Part shown: positions 50,934 to 60,314 of the stretch, one piece after another
How positions within the stretch are numbered: position 1 is the stretch's first letter
Layout of the letters: every line of letters starts with the position of its first letter
Assembly (NCBI GenBank): GCA_947175875.1
Contig: CAMWON010000005.1
Coordinates: 4,893 to 68,892 of the forward strand
Origin: an uncultured Alphaproteobacteria bacterium
GTDB taxonomy: Bacteria; Pseudomonadota; Alphaproteobacteria; Rs-D84
Direction: 5' to 3'
DNA length: 64,000 nucleotides
Program-made: the position numbers and the translations under genes
Notes under the pieces: model-generated
The model's database searches: none
Told to the model about the DNA's origin: nothing
What the model saw: only the letters and a program-made list of their open reading frames with translations

Positions 50934-51047
50934 AAGACTCACGGGTTCTTTGAGGTTGCGGTGTCCGGGAATGGGGACGCGGCAACAGTCGGGACCCATA
51001 ACAAAGCGGCGGGGGATTGCCCTGCTTGCAGGATATAGGGTAAAAAA

Positions 51048-51422
51048 ATGATTCAGAATGAAACAGTTATGACGGTTGCGGATAACTCTGGTGCGCGCAA
51101 AGCGATGTGCATCAAAGTTTTGGGCGGTTCTCATCGCCGTTATGCAACAGTTGGCGACAAAATCGTCGTTGCCATCAAGGAAGCGATTCCGCGCGGCAAG
51201 GTTCAGAAAGGTACGGTTCAGCGTGCGATTATCGTTCGTACAAAGTTCCCGGTAAAGCGTCCGGACGGTTCTATTATCCGTTTCGACGACAATGCGGTTG
51301 TTTTGATTAACAAAAACAACTTTGAACCGATTGGAACACGTATTTTTGGGCCGATTGCCCGTGAAGTACGTCGTAAATACGATGTTCAGAAGATTGTCTC
51401 CTTGGCCCCAGAGGTAATATAA
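51048..51422 (+). CDS. rplN: 50S ribosomal protein L14
   Basis: ADNSGA, FDDNAVV, GTRIFGP. Confidence 0.97.
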   Translation: MIQNETVMTVADNSGARKAMCIKVLGGSHRRYATVGDKIVVAIKEAIPRGKVQKGTVQRAIIVRTKFPVKRPDGSIIRFDDNAVVLINKNNFEPIGTRIFGPIAREVRRKYDVQKIVSLAPEVI

Positions 51423-51463
51423 TATTGGCCGACAGGTAAATATAAAGATAAAAGGCGAGTAAA

Positions 51464-51766
51464 ATGAAAATAAAGAAAGGCGACGAAGTCGTAGTTATCT
51501 CCGGGAAATACAAGGGCGTCAAAGGCAAAGTGCTGGAGGCGCGTCCGACAGAATCCCGCGTTGTTGTAGAGGGTGTGAACCGCCGCAAATGGCACATCAA
51601 ACCCACGCAAGAACAGCCCGGCCACATCATTGACCGCGAAGCACCGGTTCACGTATCCAATGTTGCACTGATTGACCCGAAAACAAAAAAGGCCACACGT
51701 GCGGGATACAAGATTGAACAGGGTAAAAAAGTTCGCGTTGCAAAGAAATCCGGGGCTGAAATATAA
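51464..51766 (+). CDS. rplX: 50S ribosomal protein L24
   Basis: [23 protein letters not shown]. Confidence 0.97.
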   Translation: MKIKKGDEVVVISGKYKGVKGKVLEARPTESRVVVEGVNRRKWHIKPTQEQPGHIIDREAPVHVSNVALIDPKTKKATRAGYKIEQGKKVRVAKKSGAEI

Positions 51767-51812
51767 GAATGGTTTCCCGCTGTTACGGGAAAGAAACTGT
51801 AAGGAATAAAAA

Positions 51813-52358
51813 ATGCAAAGCAGATTGCGTGAAATTTATGAAAAAAACATTGTGCCGGAACTGGTAAAAGAATTCGGTTATAAAAATCCGATGGAAGTTC
51901 CGAAGCTGACAAAAATCGTATTGAACATGGGTGTCGGCGAAGCGGTTTCCGATAAAAAGAAACTGGATTCCGCGGCGGCGGATCTGACGGCCATTGCGGC
52001 GCAGAAGTCCGTTATCACCCGTGCAAAGAAATCCATCGCGACATACCGTCTGCGTGAAGGTCAGCCTATCGGTACCAAGGTTACACTGCGTGGTAAAAGA
52101 ATGTATGACTTCCTGGACAAGCTGATTACGGTTGCATTGCCGCGCGTAAAGGACTTTCGCGGTTTGTCGAAATCCAAGTTCGACGGTCGTGGAAACTATG
52201 CCTTTGGTATCAAGGAACATCTGATTTTCCCGGAAATCTCGGTTGACAAGATTGATGCTATCCGTGGTATGGATATTGTTATCGCCACAAGCGCGAAGAC
52301 AGACGATGAAGCACGCGCGTTGCTGACAAAAATCGGTCTGCCGTTGGTATTGAAATAA
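51813..52358 (+). CDS. rplE: 50S ribosomal protein L5
   Basis: [22 protein letters not shown]. Confidence 0.97.
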   Translation: MQSRLREIYEKNIVPELVKEFGYKNPMEVPKLTKIVLNMGVGEAVSDKKKLDSAAADLTAIAAQKSVITRAKKSIATYRLREGQPIGTKVTLRGKRMYDFLDKLITVALPRVKDFRGLSKSKFDGRGNYAFGIKEHLIFPEISVDKIDAIRGMDIVIATSAKTDDEARALLTKIGLPLVLK

Positions 52359-52376
52359 TAAGAGTAAGGAAAAAAA

Positions 52377-52679
52377 ATGGCTAAGTTAGCGTTGATAAAC
52401 AAACAGAAAAGACGTGAAAAACTGGTCGCGCAGTATGCCAAAAAGCATGATGCGATTAAGGCCAAAATGTCCGTCAATGCCACGCCTGATGAACGCATGG
52501 AAGCGATGAAAAAGCTGGCAAAACTGCCGCGCAATGCGAATGCTACGCGTTTGCGCAATCGTTGTTCGGTTACGGGACGTTCCCGCGGTTTTTCGCGTAT
52601 GTTCGGTCTGTGCCGTCAGCAGGTTCGTACAATGGCGTCCGAAGGCAAACTGCCGGGCGTACGCAAGTCGAGCTGGTAA
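52377..52679 (+). CDS. rpsN: 30S ribosomal protein S14
   Basis: RLRNRC..TGRSRG, LPGVRKSSW. Confidence 0.97.
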   Translation: MAKLALINKQKRREKLVAQYAKKHDAIKAKMSVNATPDERMEAMKKLAKLPRNANATRLRNRCSVTGRSRGFSRMFGLCRQQVRTMASEGKLPGVRKSSW

Positions 52680-52750
52680 AAACAAAACAAGCGCAGCTGT
52701 GGACAATGCAGCTGTATGAGCCGGCTTGTCCGGCACAATAGGAGTAAAAG

Positions 52751-53149
52751 ATGTCATTATCACACCCAATTGGAGATATGGTGACCCGCATTCGCAACGG
52801 GCAGAATGCTGGTAAAGAAACCATCACCGTTCCGGCCAGCAATCTGCGCGCCGCGGTTTTGTCCGTACTGAAAGACGAAGGTTTTATTACTGATTTTCGC
52901 AAAGAAAACATTGACGAACATCGTTCCAATTTAGTCGTTGAGCTGAAATATGTCGGCGGCAACGGCGCAATTCAGGAAATTTCCGTAGTATCCAAACCCG
53001 GTCGCCGTGTTTATTCCGGCAGTGCAAAGATGCCGAAGGTTTTGAATGGACTGGGTATTGCTATCGTATCCACGCCCAACGGCGTAATGACTGACCACAA
53101 AGCGCGCCTGATGAATGTCGGCGGTGAAGTATTGTGCAAGGTTATCTAA
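52751..53149 (+). CDS. rpsH: 30S ribosomal protein S8
   Basis: DMVTRIRN, SKPGRRVY, GGEVLC. Confidence 0.97.
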   Translation: MSLSHPIGDMVTRIRNGQNAGKETITVPASNLRAAVLSVLKDEGFITDFRKENIDEHRSNLVVELKYVGGNGAIQEISVVSKPGRRVYSGSAKMPKVLNGLGIAIVSTPNGVMTDHKARLMNVGGEVLCKVI

Positions 53150-53168
53150 TTGAAGTGAGGAACAAGTT

Positions 53169-53720
53169 ATGTCTCGTGCAGGAAAATATCCAGTAAAAAT
53201 CCAGGACGGCGTTTCGGTTGAAATTGCGAGCGACGTGCTGGTTGTAAAAGGCCCGAAGGGCGAAATTAAGCTGCCGTTGAATACCAAACATTCCGGTTTG
53301 GTTGACGTCAAGATTGAAGACGGCCATGTTGTAATCAATCCGAAGGATGCCGAAGACAAGACGTCGCGCGCAATGTGGGGAACAATGGCCCGCAATGTTC
53401 GCGCCGCGATTGAAGGTGTGTCGAACGGTTTCCAGAAAGCCATGTACATGAAGGGCGTCGGTTATAAGGCATCTGTAAAGGGCAACGATTTGGTTTTGGT
53501 TGCGGGTTATTCTCATGATGTAATTATGCCGATTCCGGCCGGTCTGACGGTTCAGATGGGCGATGCGCCGACTGAATTTACAATCAGCGGTGTTGACAAG
53601 TGCCTGGTTGGCCAGTTTGCCGACAAGGTTCACAAGGTTCGTAAAGCGGATCCGTACAAGGGCAAAGGCATCTTCTATAAGGGCGAAAAAATCCGCCGCA
53701 AGGAAGGTAAAAAGAAATAA
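53169..53720 (+). CDS. rplF: 50S ribosomal protein L6
   Basis: VKGPKG, GVGYKA, PYKGKGI. Confidence 0.97.
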   Translation: MSRAGKYPVKIQDGVSVEIASDVLVVKGPKGEIKLPLNTKHSGLVDVKIEDGHVVINPKDAEDKTSRAMWGTMARNVRAAIEGVSNGFQKAMYMKGVGYKASVKGNDLVLVAGYSHDVIMPIPAGLTVQMGDAPTEFTISGVDKCLVGQFADKVHKVRKADPYKGKGIFYKGEKIRRKEGKKK

Positions 53721-53767
53721 TAAGTAGTGATTCCCGCTGTTACGGGGATTTGAAAAGAGGAAACAAA

Positions 53768-54124
53768 ATGTTGAAACATTTGACTACAGAAGAAAGACGC
53801 ACGCTGGCAAACCGCGGTGCGCTGAAAAGAAAGAACCCCGGCAAGATTCGTTTGTCGGTTAACCGCTCCGGACGTCATATCGAAATTCAGGCCATTGACG
53901 ATGTTCGTGGTCACACAATTTGTGCGGCATCAAGCAAGGAAAAAGATTTCAAGGGCCAGGGCTGGAATGTTGCCGGCGCCGAAATGGTTGGCAAGGTATT
54001 TGCTGAACGCGTTGTAAAGGCGAACATTGCAGACAACTGCTATTTTGATCGTGGCGGATATCGCTATCATGGTCGTGTAAAGGCCCTGTGCGAAGCTATT
54101 CGCGCCGGCGGCGTTAGAATTTAA
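53768..54124 (+). CDS. rplR: 50S ribosomal protein L18
   Basis: [22 protein letters not shown]. Confidence 0.96.
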   Translation: MLKHLTTEERRTLANRGALKRKNPGKIRLSVNRSGRHIEIQAIDDVRGHTICAASSKEKDFKGQGWNVAGAEMVGKVFAERVVKANIADNCYFDRGGYRYHGRVKALCEAIRAGGVRI

Positions 54125-54147
54125 TGTGAAATATACGGAGTATATAA

Positions 54148-54702
54148 ATGGCACGTTTTGATGATAAAAAATTGCAGACGGATAACTTGGTAGATAAACT
54201 GGTTTCTATCAATCGCGTCTCGAAAACAGTTAAGGGCGGCCGCAACATGTCTTTCTCGGCATTGGTTGTGGTTGGCGACAAGGCCGGTCGTGTAGGTTTT
54301 GGCAAGGGTAAGGCGCTGGAAGTACAGAGTGCTGTTCAGAAAGCAACAAAGGCCGCCAAAGCGAAAATGATTCGCGTTCCGCTGAAAGAAGGTCGTACAT
54401 TGCACCATGACAGTGCGGCGAAGTACGGCGCCAGCAAGTTGGTTGTTCGCAGTGCCGTTCCCGGTACCGGTATTATTGCGGGTGGTGCGTTGCGTGCGGT
54501 ATTTGAATGCCTGGGGGTTCAGGACGTTGTAGTTAAGTCCCAGGGCTCGAATAATCCGAACAACATGATTCGTGCGGCTTTCCTGGCTTTCTCTAAAATG
54601 AATTCCCCGAAGACGGTTGCGGCGCGCCGTGGCAAGTCTGTGGCTGAAATCATTGCCGGTCGTGACGGCAAGAAGCTGGAAGATGCGGCGGAAGAAAAAT
54701 AA
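54148..54702 (+). CDS. rpsE: 30S ribosomal protein S5
   Basis: [18 protein letters not shown]. Confidence 0.97.
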   Translation: MARFDDKKLQTDNLVDKLVSINRVSKTVKGGRNMSFSALVVVGDKAGRVGFGKGKALEVQSAVQKATKAAKAKMIRVPLKEGRTLHHDSAAKYGASKLVVRSAVPGTGIIAGGALRAVFECLGVQDVVVKSQGSNNPNNMIRAAFLAFSKMNSPKTVAARRGKSVAEIIAGRDGKKLEDAAEEK

Positions 54703-54726
54703 CGCTAAGAAACGGAGTACTTTGTT

Positions 54727-54906
54727 ATGTCTAAAATAGTTGTAAAGCAAGTAAAAAGCCTGATTGGGCGCCCGGAATCTCAGCGCAAAATTATTGCCGC
54801 ATTGGGTTTGGGCCGTATTGGTAAAACAAAAGAACTGGAAAATTCTCAGGTTGTACGTGGCATGATTGCCAAGGTTTCCCACCTGATTGAAGTTGTTGAA
54901 CAGTAA
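54727..54906 (+). CDS. rpmD: 50S ribosomal protein L30 (59 aa, absent from the ORF track)
   Basis: MSKIVVKQVKSLIGRPESQRKIIAALGLGRIGKTKELENSQVVRGMIAKVSHLIEVVEQ; GGAG RBS. Confidence 0.95.
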   Translation: MSKIVVKQVKSLIGRPESQRKIIAALGLGRIGKTKELENSQVVRGMIAKVSHLIEVVEQ

Positions 54907-54988
54907 ATAATTATATAACCGAGTGGCGCGACACTTGTCGCGCTGCGCAAAAAGACTATATATAGTCGTAGGATAAAAGGATACAAAA

Positions 54989-55447
54989 ATGAAACTGAAT
55001 GCACTGATGGATAATTACGGCGCGCGTGAAAATGCAAAGCGCGTCGGCCGTGGTATCGGTAGCGGCATGGGCAAAACATCCGGTCGTGGTCACAAAGGTC
55101 AGAAAGCGCGCAGCGGTGCACGCAAGCAGGCGACATTCCAGGGTGGACAGATGCCGATTTTGCGTCGTTTCCCGAAATTCGGATTTAACAACCCGTTTGC
55201 AAAGGAATACGTCACAATCAACCTGGGCGATATTGAAAAGTTCATTGCAAGCGGCAAAATTGATGCAAAGTCCGAAATCAACATTGATTCTCTGTTGGCG
55301 GCGAAGGTAATCAACCGCAAAATGTCCGGCTTGAAAGTTTTGGCCAAGGGCGAAATCAAATCTGCGGTTAACATTATTGCCGACAAATGGTCCAAGGCGG
55401 CCGAAGCGGCGATTGTCAAAGCCGGCGGTTCTATCAAGGCGAAATAA
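54989..55447 (+). CDS. rplO: 50S ribosomal protein L15
   Basis: RVGRGIGSGMGKTSGRGHKGQKAR. Confidence 0.97.
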   Translation: MKLNALMDNYGARENAKRVGRGIGSGMGKTSGRGHKGQKARSGARKQATFQGGQMPILRRFPKFGFNNPFAKEYVTINLGDIEKFIASGKIDAKSEINIDSLLAAKVINRKMSGLKVLAKGEIKSAVNIIADKWSKAAEAAIVKAGGSIKAK

Positions 55448-55713
55448 TGGTTATTACACCATCTCAATATTTAAAGTCGGCCAGGCGGGATTTTAAACTC
55501 CTGCCTGCCGATGTTTGTGATGAAATATTGGATGGTGTTATGAAGTCGGATTCAGGGGTTCAGCGTTTGGATGTGCCAGGTTATATTCCGGCGAAATACC
55601 ATGCTCGTATGCAGGCCGCATGGACGACGATGATTTATAAAATACTGTTTGCAAATGCGTCGCGTAAATACAGTCTGGTTCAGCGCCATAAAATATTGCA
55701 GAAAAGTTTATAA
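55447..55713 (+). CDS. Hypothetical 88-aa protein between rplO and secY
   Basis: TAATG overlap with the rplO stop; fills the gap to the secY RBS. Confidence 0.6.
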   Translation: MVITPSQYLKSARRDFKLLPADVCDEILDGVMKSDSGVQRLDVPGYIPAKYHARMQAAWTTMIYKILFANASRKYSLVQRHKILQKSL

Positions 55714-55733
55714 GGTAGCGGAGAGATAAACGA

Positions 55734-57053
55734 ATGAATTTCATAAAGAACTTTTTTGGAAATCTGAGCGATTTGCAAAAGCGTATTTTGTTCACGTTGG
55801 GTGCATTGGTCGTGTACCGTGTCGGTTCCTTTATTCCGTTGCCGGGTGTAAACGCATCTGCCGTTCTGCATTTGTTCAGCGGCGAGGGCAGCGGCATGAT
55901 GGGCATGTTCGATATGTTTTCTGGTGGTTCGCTGTCGCGTATGTCGGTGCTGGCACTGAATATTTTCCCATACATTTCCGCATCCATCGTTCTGCAGCTG
56001 TTGACGGCGACCAGCAAGTCGTTGAGCGAGCTGCGTAAAGAGGGCGAGTCGGGCCGCATCAAAATTAACCAGTACACTCGTTATCTGGCGGTGTTCCTGG
56101 CGGTGGTTCAGGGCTGGGCCGTGGTTCGCGGTTTAGAAATGATGGCGCCGGTAAACGGTGTTGCGGCGGTTGTAAATCCTGGATTTGCATTTGAATTGTC
56201 CGCGATAATCGCACTGGTCGGTGGTACGGTGTTCGTAATGTGGCTGGCCGAACAGATTACGGCGCGCGGCATAGGGCAGGGTGCGTCTCTGTTAATCTTT
56301 GCGGGGATTATCGCAGAGGTTCCGGGCGGAATCGCCAAGATATTTTCTTTGGGCTCGGTCGGACAGATGTCGCCCGCGATGATTGCGTTGGTTGTCGGTT
56401 TTGTTGTCGGCATCATTGCGCTGATTGCGTTCTTTGAACAGGCCCAGCGTCGTATTCAGATTCTGTATCCGCGCCAGGTTATGGCGAACGGTGTGACGAA
56501 TACGAATGCGTCATATCTGCCGATAAAGGTTAACATGTCCGGTGTTATGGGACCGGTATTTGCGGCCAGTATAATGATGCTGCCGGCGTTTGTTCAGCGC
56601 TTTGTTCAGAGCGAGAATCTGGTCGTTCAGAATATCATGGGATTCTTTACGTACGGTGCATGGTCTTATATCATCATGTACACGATACTGATTGCATTCT
56701 TTGCATTTTTCCAGACGGCGGTTATATTCAATTCCGAAGAGACCAGCAATAATCTGAAAAATGCGGGCGGTTATATCCCCGGCGTTCGTCCCGGCGAACA
56801 GACTGTTCACTATTTGGATGCGGTTGTGTCGCGTACGACTTCAATCGGTGTTCTGTATCTGATTGTGGTATGCGTTGTTCCGATTATTCTCAATACGCAT
56901 CTGGGCATGCCGCTGGCGATTGGCGGAACCAGTGTTCTGATTGTGGCGGGCGTTGTTCTGGATACAATGAACCAGGTTCAGTCGTATCTGGTGGCAAAGC
57001 AGTATGGCGGCGTTATCAAAAAGACGCAAAAGAAGGGGCGTTTCCGCGGATAA
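55734..57053 (+). CDS. secY: Preprotein translocase subunit SecY
   Basis: IPLPGVN, PYISASIVLQLL, IPGVRPG, GGTSVLI. Confidence 0.97.
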   Translation: MNFIKNFFGNLSDLQKRILFTLGALVVYRVGSFIPLPGVNASAVLHLFSGEGSGMMGMFDMFSGGSLSRMSVLALNIFPYISASIVLQLLTATSKSLSELRKEGESGRIKINQYTRYLAVFLAVVQGWAVVRGLEMMAPVNGVAAVVNPGFAFELSAIIALVGGTVFVMWLAEQITARGIGQGASLLIFAGIIAEVPGGIAKIFSLGSVGQMSPAMIALVVGFVVGIIALIAFFEQAQRRIQILYPRQVMANGVTNTNASYLPIKVNMSGVMGPVFAASIMMLPAFVQRFVQSENLVVQNIMGFFTYGAWSYIIMYTILIAFFAFFQTAVIFNSEETSNNLKNAGGYIPGVRPGEQTVHYLDAVVSRTTSIGVLYLIVVCVVPIILNTHLGMPLAIGGTSVLIVAGVVLDTMNQVQSYLVAKQYGGVIKKTQKKGRFRG

Positions 57054-57217
57054 TAAAATTTGCGAGAAACGGAAACAAGATTTGACTTTTGCCGGAATTT
57101 GTATAAAATTACTCGGCAAAATAAAATACGGCGGGAAATCAGTTTATGATTTTTCGGTGTTAAGACTCCGGGCGCGGAAACGCGTTTCGGGCAGTAAAAT
57201 AAAAAGGAAAGTAAAAG

Positions 57218-57595
57218 ATGGCACGTATAGCAGGTGTTAACATTCCGACAGAAAAGCGCATTGAAATCGCGTTGCAGTACATTCATGGTATTGGACCGGC
57301 CAAGGCGGCGCAAATCTGCGAGGCTTTGAAATTGAAAGATGGGCTGCGCGCGAAAGATTTGACTGACGCGGATGTTGTAAAAATTTCGAACTATATTGAA
57401 CAGAACTTTAAAGTAGAAGGTGATGTTCGTCGTGAAGTTGCGATGAATATCAAACGTCTGCAGGATTTAAAGGCATATCGTGGTATTCGTCACCGTAACC
57501 GCTTGCCGGTTCGCGGTCAGCGTACCCAGACCAATGCCCGCACCCGCAAGGGCAAGCGCGTCGTGGTCGCCGGTTCTGCAACAAAGGGTAAGTAA
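57218..57595 (+). CDS. rpsM: 30S ribosomal protein S13
   Basis: [26 protein letters not shown]. Confidence 0.97.
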   Translation: MARIAGVNIPTEKRIEIALQYIHGIGPAKAAQICEALKLKDGLRAKDLTDADVVKISNYIEQNFKVEGDVRREVAMNIKRLQDLKAYRGIRHRNRLPVRGQRTQTNARTRKGKRVVVAGSATKGK

Positions 57596-57697
57596 AATTT
57601 AATTTAATGCCTCGTCTGCTTGGTGTTGGCGCGCTTGTGTATCTTTTGTACGCTTCGCTTACCAACATTGGCGCATTCAAAGCATTATCTTAAATTT
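57595..57697. repeat. 103-nt imperfect palindrome (RPE-like)
   Basis: AAATTTA..TAATGC..TGTTGG..GTGTA/TGTAC..CCAACA..GCATTA..TAAATTT. Confidence 0.6.
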
Positions 57698-57753
57698 AAG
57701 GTAGAGATTAACACGACAGTTAATTGAAGACATCGATAAAAGGTAAAAAAATA

Positions 57754-58137
57754 ATGGCAGTAACAAAAGCAAAAAAGAAAGTTGTAAAGAAAGTGTCGCA
57801 TGGTATTGCGCACGTTGTTGCAACGAACAATAACACTCGTATCACAATTACAGACCAGTCGGGCGCCGTTTTGACATGGGCGACGGCCGGTGCGAATAAT
57901 TTTAAGGGTGCGAAAAAATCCACTCCGTACGCGGCGACGGTTGTGGCAGATGCGGTCGGCAAGAAAGTTGCCGAAATGGGTATGAAGACGGTTGACGTTC
58001 TGATGCGTGGTATCGGCCAGGGACGTGAATCTGCGGTTCGTGGTTTGGCAAACGCCGGCCTGATTGTGCAGAGCATTACCGATACGACCCGTATACCGCA
58101 CAATGGCTGCCGTCCGAAAAAGGTTCGCCGCGTGTAA
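57754..58137 (+). CDS. rpsK: 30S ribosomal protein S11
   Basis: NNTRITITD, KKSTPYAA, PHNGCRP. Confidence 0.97.
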   Translation: MAVTKAKKKVVKKVSHGIAHVVATNNNTRITITDQSGAVLTWATAGANNFKGAKKSTPYAATVVADAVGKKVAEMGMKTVDVLMRGIGQGRESAVRGLANAGLIVQSITDTTRIPHNGCRPKKVRRV

Positions 58138-58152
58138 ACACGTGCATCTTAA

Positions 58153-58180
58153 TAAAAGCGCCCCAAACGGGGCGTTTTTA
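58153..58180. terminator. Bidirectional terminator
   Basis: AAAAGCGCCCC-aaac-GGGGCGTTTTT between convergent genes. Confidence 0.8.
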
Positions 58181-58678
58181 ATTTTGGTAATAACAGGCGT
58201 CCGTATATGTGCCGCTGCCGGTGGTGTCGCTGAAAGTGGTGCCGGACGGCAGATAGCATGCGGTAATTGCGGTTGCGCCCGCCAGGGCGGTTGTGCCGTA
58301 AACGCCGCCCGATGACGGACAGCGCGTGCATGATTGCCCGCTGCCGTAATATCCCTTCTTGCACTGGTATTCGCATGAGGCTTTTATTGCGGTTGTTTTG
58401 CATCTTACCTGATAATTTTGACCGCTGACGCTTGTCCATAAGGTGCCCGGGCACTCGGTCGGACAAGTCGCTGGCTCAATTGGATCTATCGGGTCGATTA
58501 TTAGAGAGGAGCAGCCTGCCTGTGCGCATGTTTCACTGCTGCTGCGGCAGCAGTTTGTTTCGCCTTCCATAATCGGGCACATAACCGTGTATGCGCCGCC
58601 GCATGTGCGGGCGCCGGCATCGTTTGCCAGTATGATGCCGACAACGGCCCCGCATAATAAGGTAATTGTTTTTTTCAT
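58178..58678 (-). CDS. Secreted Cys-rich family protein
   Basis: Signal peptide (AGA|R); CEYQCKKGYYG..CTRCPSSGGVYGTT..ITACYLPSGTTFSDTTGSGTYTDACYYQN. Confidence 0.85.
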   Translation of the reverse strand: MKKTITLLCGAVVGIILANDAGARTCGGAYTVMCPIMEGETNCCRSSSETCAQAGCSSLIIDPIDPIEPATCPTECPGTLWTSVSGQNYQVRCKTTAIKASCEYQCKKGYYGSGQSCTRCPSSGGVYGTTALAGATAITACYLPSGTTFSDTTGSGTYTDACYYQN

Positions 58679-58703
58679 GATTTCAAATCCCTGTTTTTGT
58701 GTT

Positions 58704-58945
58704 AAACAAAACGCCGCCTTGGAATTGGCGGCCGGGGATTTCAGAAAATCATAACATAAAATGACCCCGTGACTTTTGGGTAATCCCTGTTATATGGTCA
58801 CGGATCCCCGACCGGTTAGAATCGGGTGATATAAAACACACGGCGCATCATTGCGCCGACGTATTTTGTCGGATTCAGTGCGTACCACCGCACCGTTATG
58901 TTATGGGATTTCTGAGGTCCCTGAGCCAACATCCCTGTTGATTCA
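58704..58945 (-). ncRNA. C4/CI-like antisense-RNA leader, copy B2
   Basis: Sense targets TCAGAAA (58909-15) and CATAACATAA (58896-905); complements at 58741-47 and 58750-59; outer stem 58804-12/58731-39; TTTACT-17-TATACT promoter at 58980-58952. Confidence 0.8.
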
Positions 58946-59054
58946 GTGGTTAGTATATAAATTGTGTGCCGTTAAGTAAAGGATAAAAAATCCCCGCTGT
59001 TTGGCGGGCGTTTTTTATTTGTATCTGAATTTTTATTTTGTTATAGTCTAGCTT

Positions 59055-59238
59055 GGTAATGGGAAACCATTACTGGGCTTAGTAACCCATAACATTTGGT
59101 GTCAGTGATGACAAAAAATATATCCAGCACGTGTGTTGTTATACGTGGCTGGGGTGTGTTGAATATATTGAATAAAACACGCAATTTTCCAAATGAATTG
59201 TTACTAAACTCCAGCCATCTGATTTTCAGGTGGTTTTT
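59055..59238 (+). ncRNA. C4/CI-like antisense-RNA leader, copy C
   Basis: Targets TTAGTAAC (59079-86) and CATTTGG (59093-99); complements CCAAATG (59189-95) and GTTACTAA (59200-07); outer stem 59146-55/59208-17; TTGTAT-17-TATAGT promoter at 59019-47. Confidence 0.78.
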
Positions 59239-59268
59239 GGTTTAAATAAAAAACTGGGAGTTAGATAA

Positions 59269-59805
59269 ATGTTTAAAAGTGCAAGCTTTGCTGTGACCGT
59301 GGTAATAGGTGCTTCTGTAAGCGCGTATGCGGGACCTTTTACAAATAAAAATAAACTGGGCGATTTGATGATGGTTATGTCGCCGGCATATGCGTTGGGA
59401 ATGACGGTTATGGCGGATGACCCGGATGGTACGGTGCAATTGGCGGAATCCGTTGTTGCTGCGCAATTGGCCAGTGAAGGTATCAAAGCCTTTGGATTAG
59501 AACGTCGTCCAAATGGAAACGACAGAAAATCATTCCCCAGTGGACATGCCGCAGGTGCATTCTCGGGCGCTATGTTTGTTCATAAAAGATATGGCTGGAA
59601 ACCAGCATTGTTGCCGTATGCAATGAGTGCCGTGGCCGGATGGAGTCGTGTTCAGGCACGTGCCCATTATTGGCATGACGTTGCGGCCGGTGCAGCGGTG
59701 TCTGCATTGTTCACATGGGTATTTGTTGATAAATATGTGCCAAATGGTATTGATATTGCAGCTGATACGCAATCGTTCAGAGTTGGCCTGTCAACCGAGT
59801 TTTAA
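59269..59805 (+). CDS. PAP2-family phosphatase (LpxE-like)
   Basis: K....RRP, SFPSGH, SRV...AHYWHDV motifs. Confidence 0.88.
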   Translation: MFKSASFAVTVVIGASVSAYAGPFTNKNKLGDLMMVMSPAYALGMTVMADDPDGTVQLAESVVAAQLASEGIKAFGLERRPNGNDRKSFPSGHAAGAFSGAMFVHKRYGWKPALLPYAMSAVAGWSRVQARAHYWHDVAAGAAVSALFTWVFVDKYVPNGIDIAADTQSFRVGLSTEF

Positions 59806-59845
59806 ATAAAAAACACCCGCGAAACCGCGGGTGTTTTTTTGCATT

Positions 59846-60202
59846 TTACATGTTGCACGGACGTACGTTTGACACAACGTGGCGGCGCGTGTATGTGCCG
59901 GACGGTACGTATTCGACAACCGGCTGATATACCTGATAGTGTTCTGTTACCTCGGTATGTGTTTTTACCGCAACTGGTTCCGCGGCGACGGCCGCACGAC
60001 TGCAAGGGCAGGGGCGGCGGCCCACCACCACACGACGTGAGGCAGGGCGCGTTTCAATGGTTGTGTTTATCGTTTGTGCACGTGTATAGTTGGCTGTGCC
60101 GGAATACACGTTGCTGGTTTCCAAATAAACGCCGCCATCAGATGCGTTTGCACCAAAACATGTAATTGTAAAAATCATGCCAGCGAAAATAATTTTTTTC
60201 AT
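59846..60202 (-). CDS. Hypothetical secreted protein
   Basis: GAGG RBS; signal peptide MKKIIFAGMIFTITCFGANA. Confidence 0.7.
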   Translation of the reverse strand: MKKIIFAGMIFTITCFGANASDGGVYLETSNVYSGTANYTRAQTINTTIETRPASRRVVVGRRPCPCSRAAVAAEPVAVKTHTEVTEHYQVYQPVVEYVPSGTYTRRHVVSNVRPCNM

Positions 60203-60314
60203 GGTATTCCTCTGTTTTGTTGAGCTTATTTTAGTACAAAAACGCTAAATGTCAAGCTGTTTGGGTGTGAACAATTTTGATAAAACCGTGGAAATCCCAG
60301 TTTTATTTAATTTG

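Noticed and set aside
41335-54882. Long minus-strand ORFs over fusA, tuf and the r-protein genes
   Set aside because: These are antisense shadows of highly biased coding sequence with no recognisable products
11513-58678. Diversity-generating retroelement or invertase shufflon behind the Cys-rich variation
   Set aside because: There is no reverse transcriptase, no template/variable repeat pair differing at adenines, and no inverted recombination sites in the window
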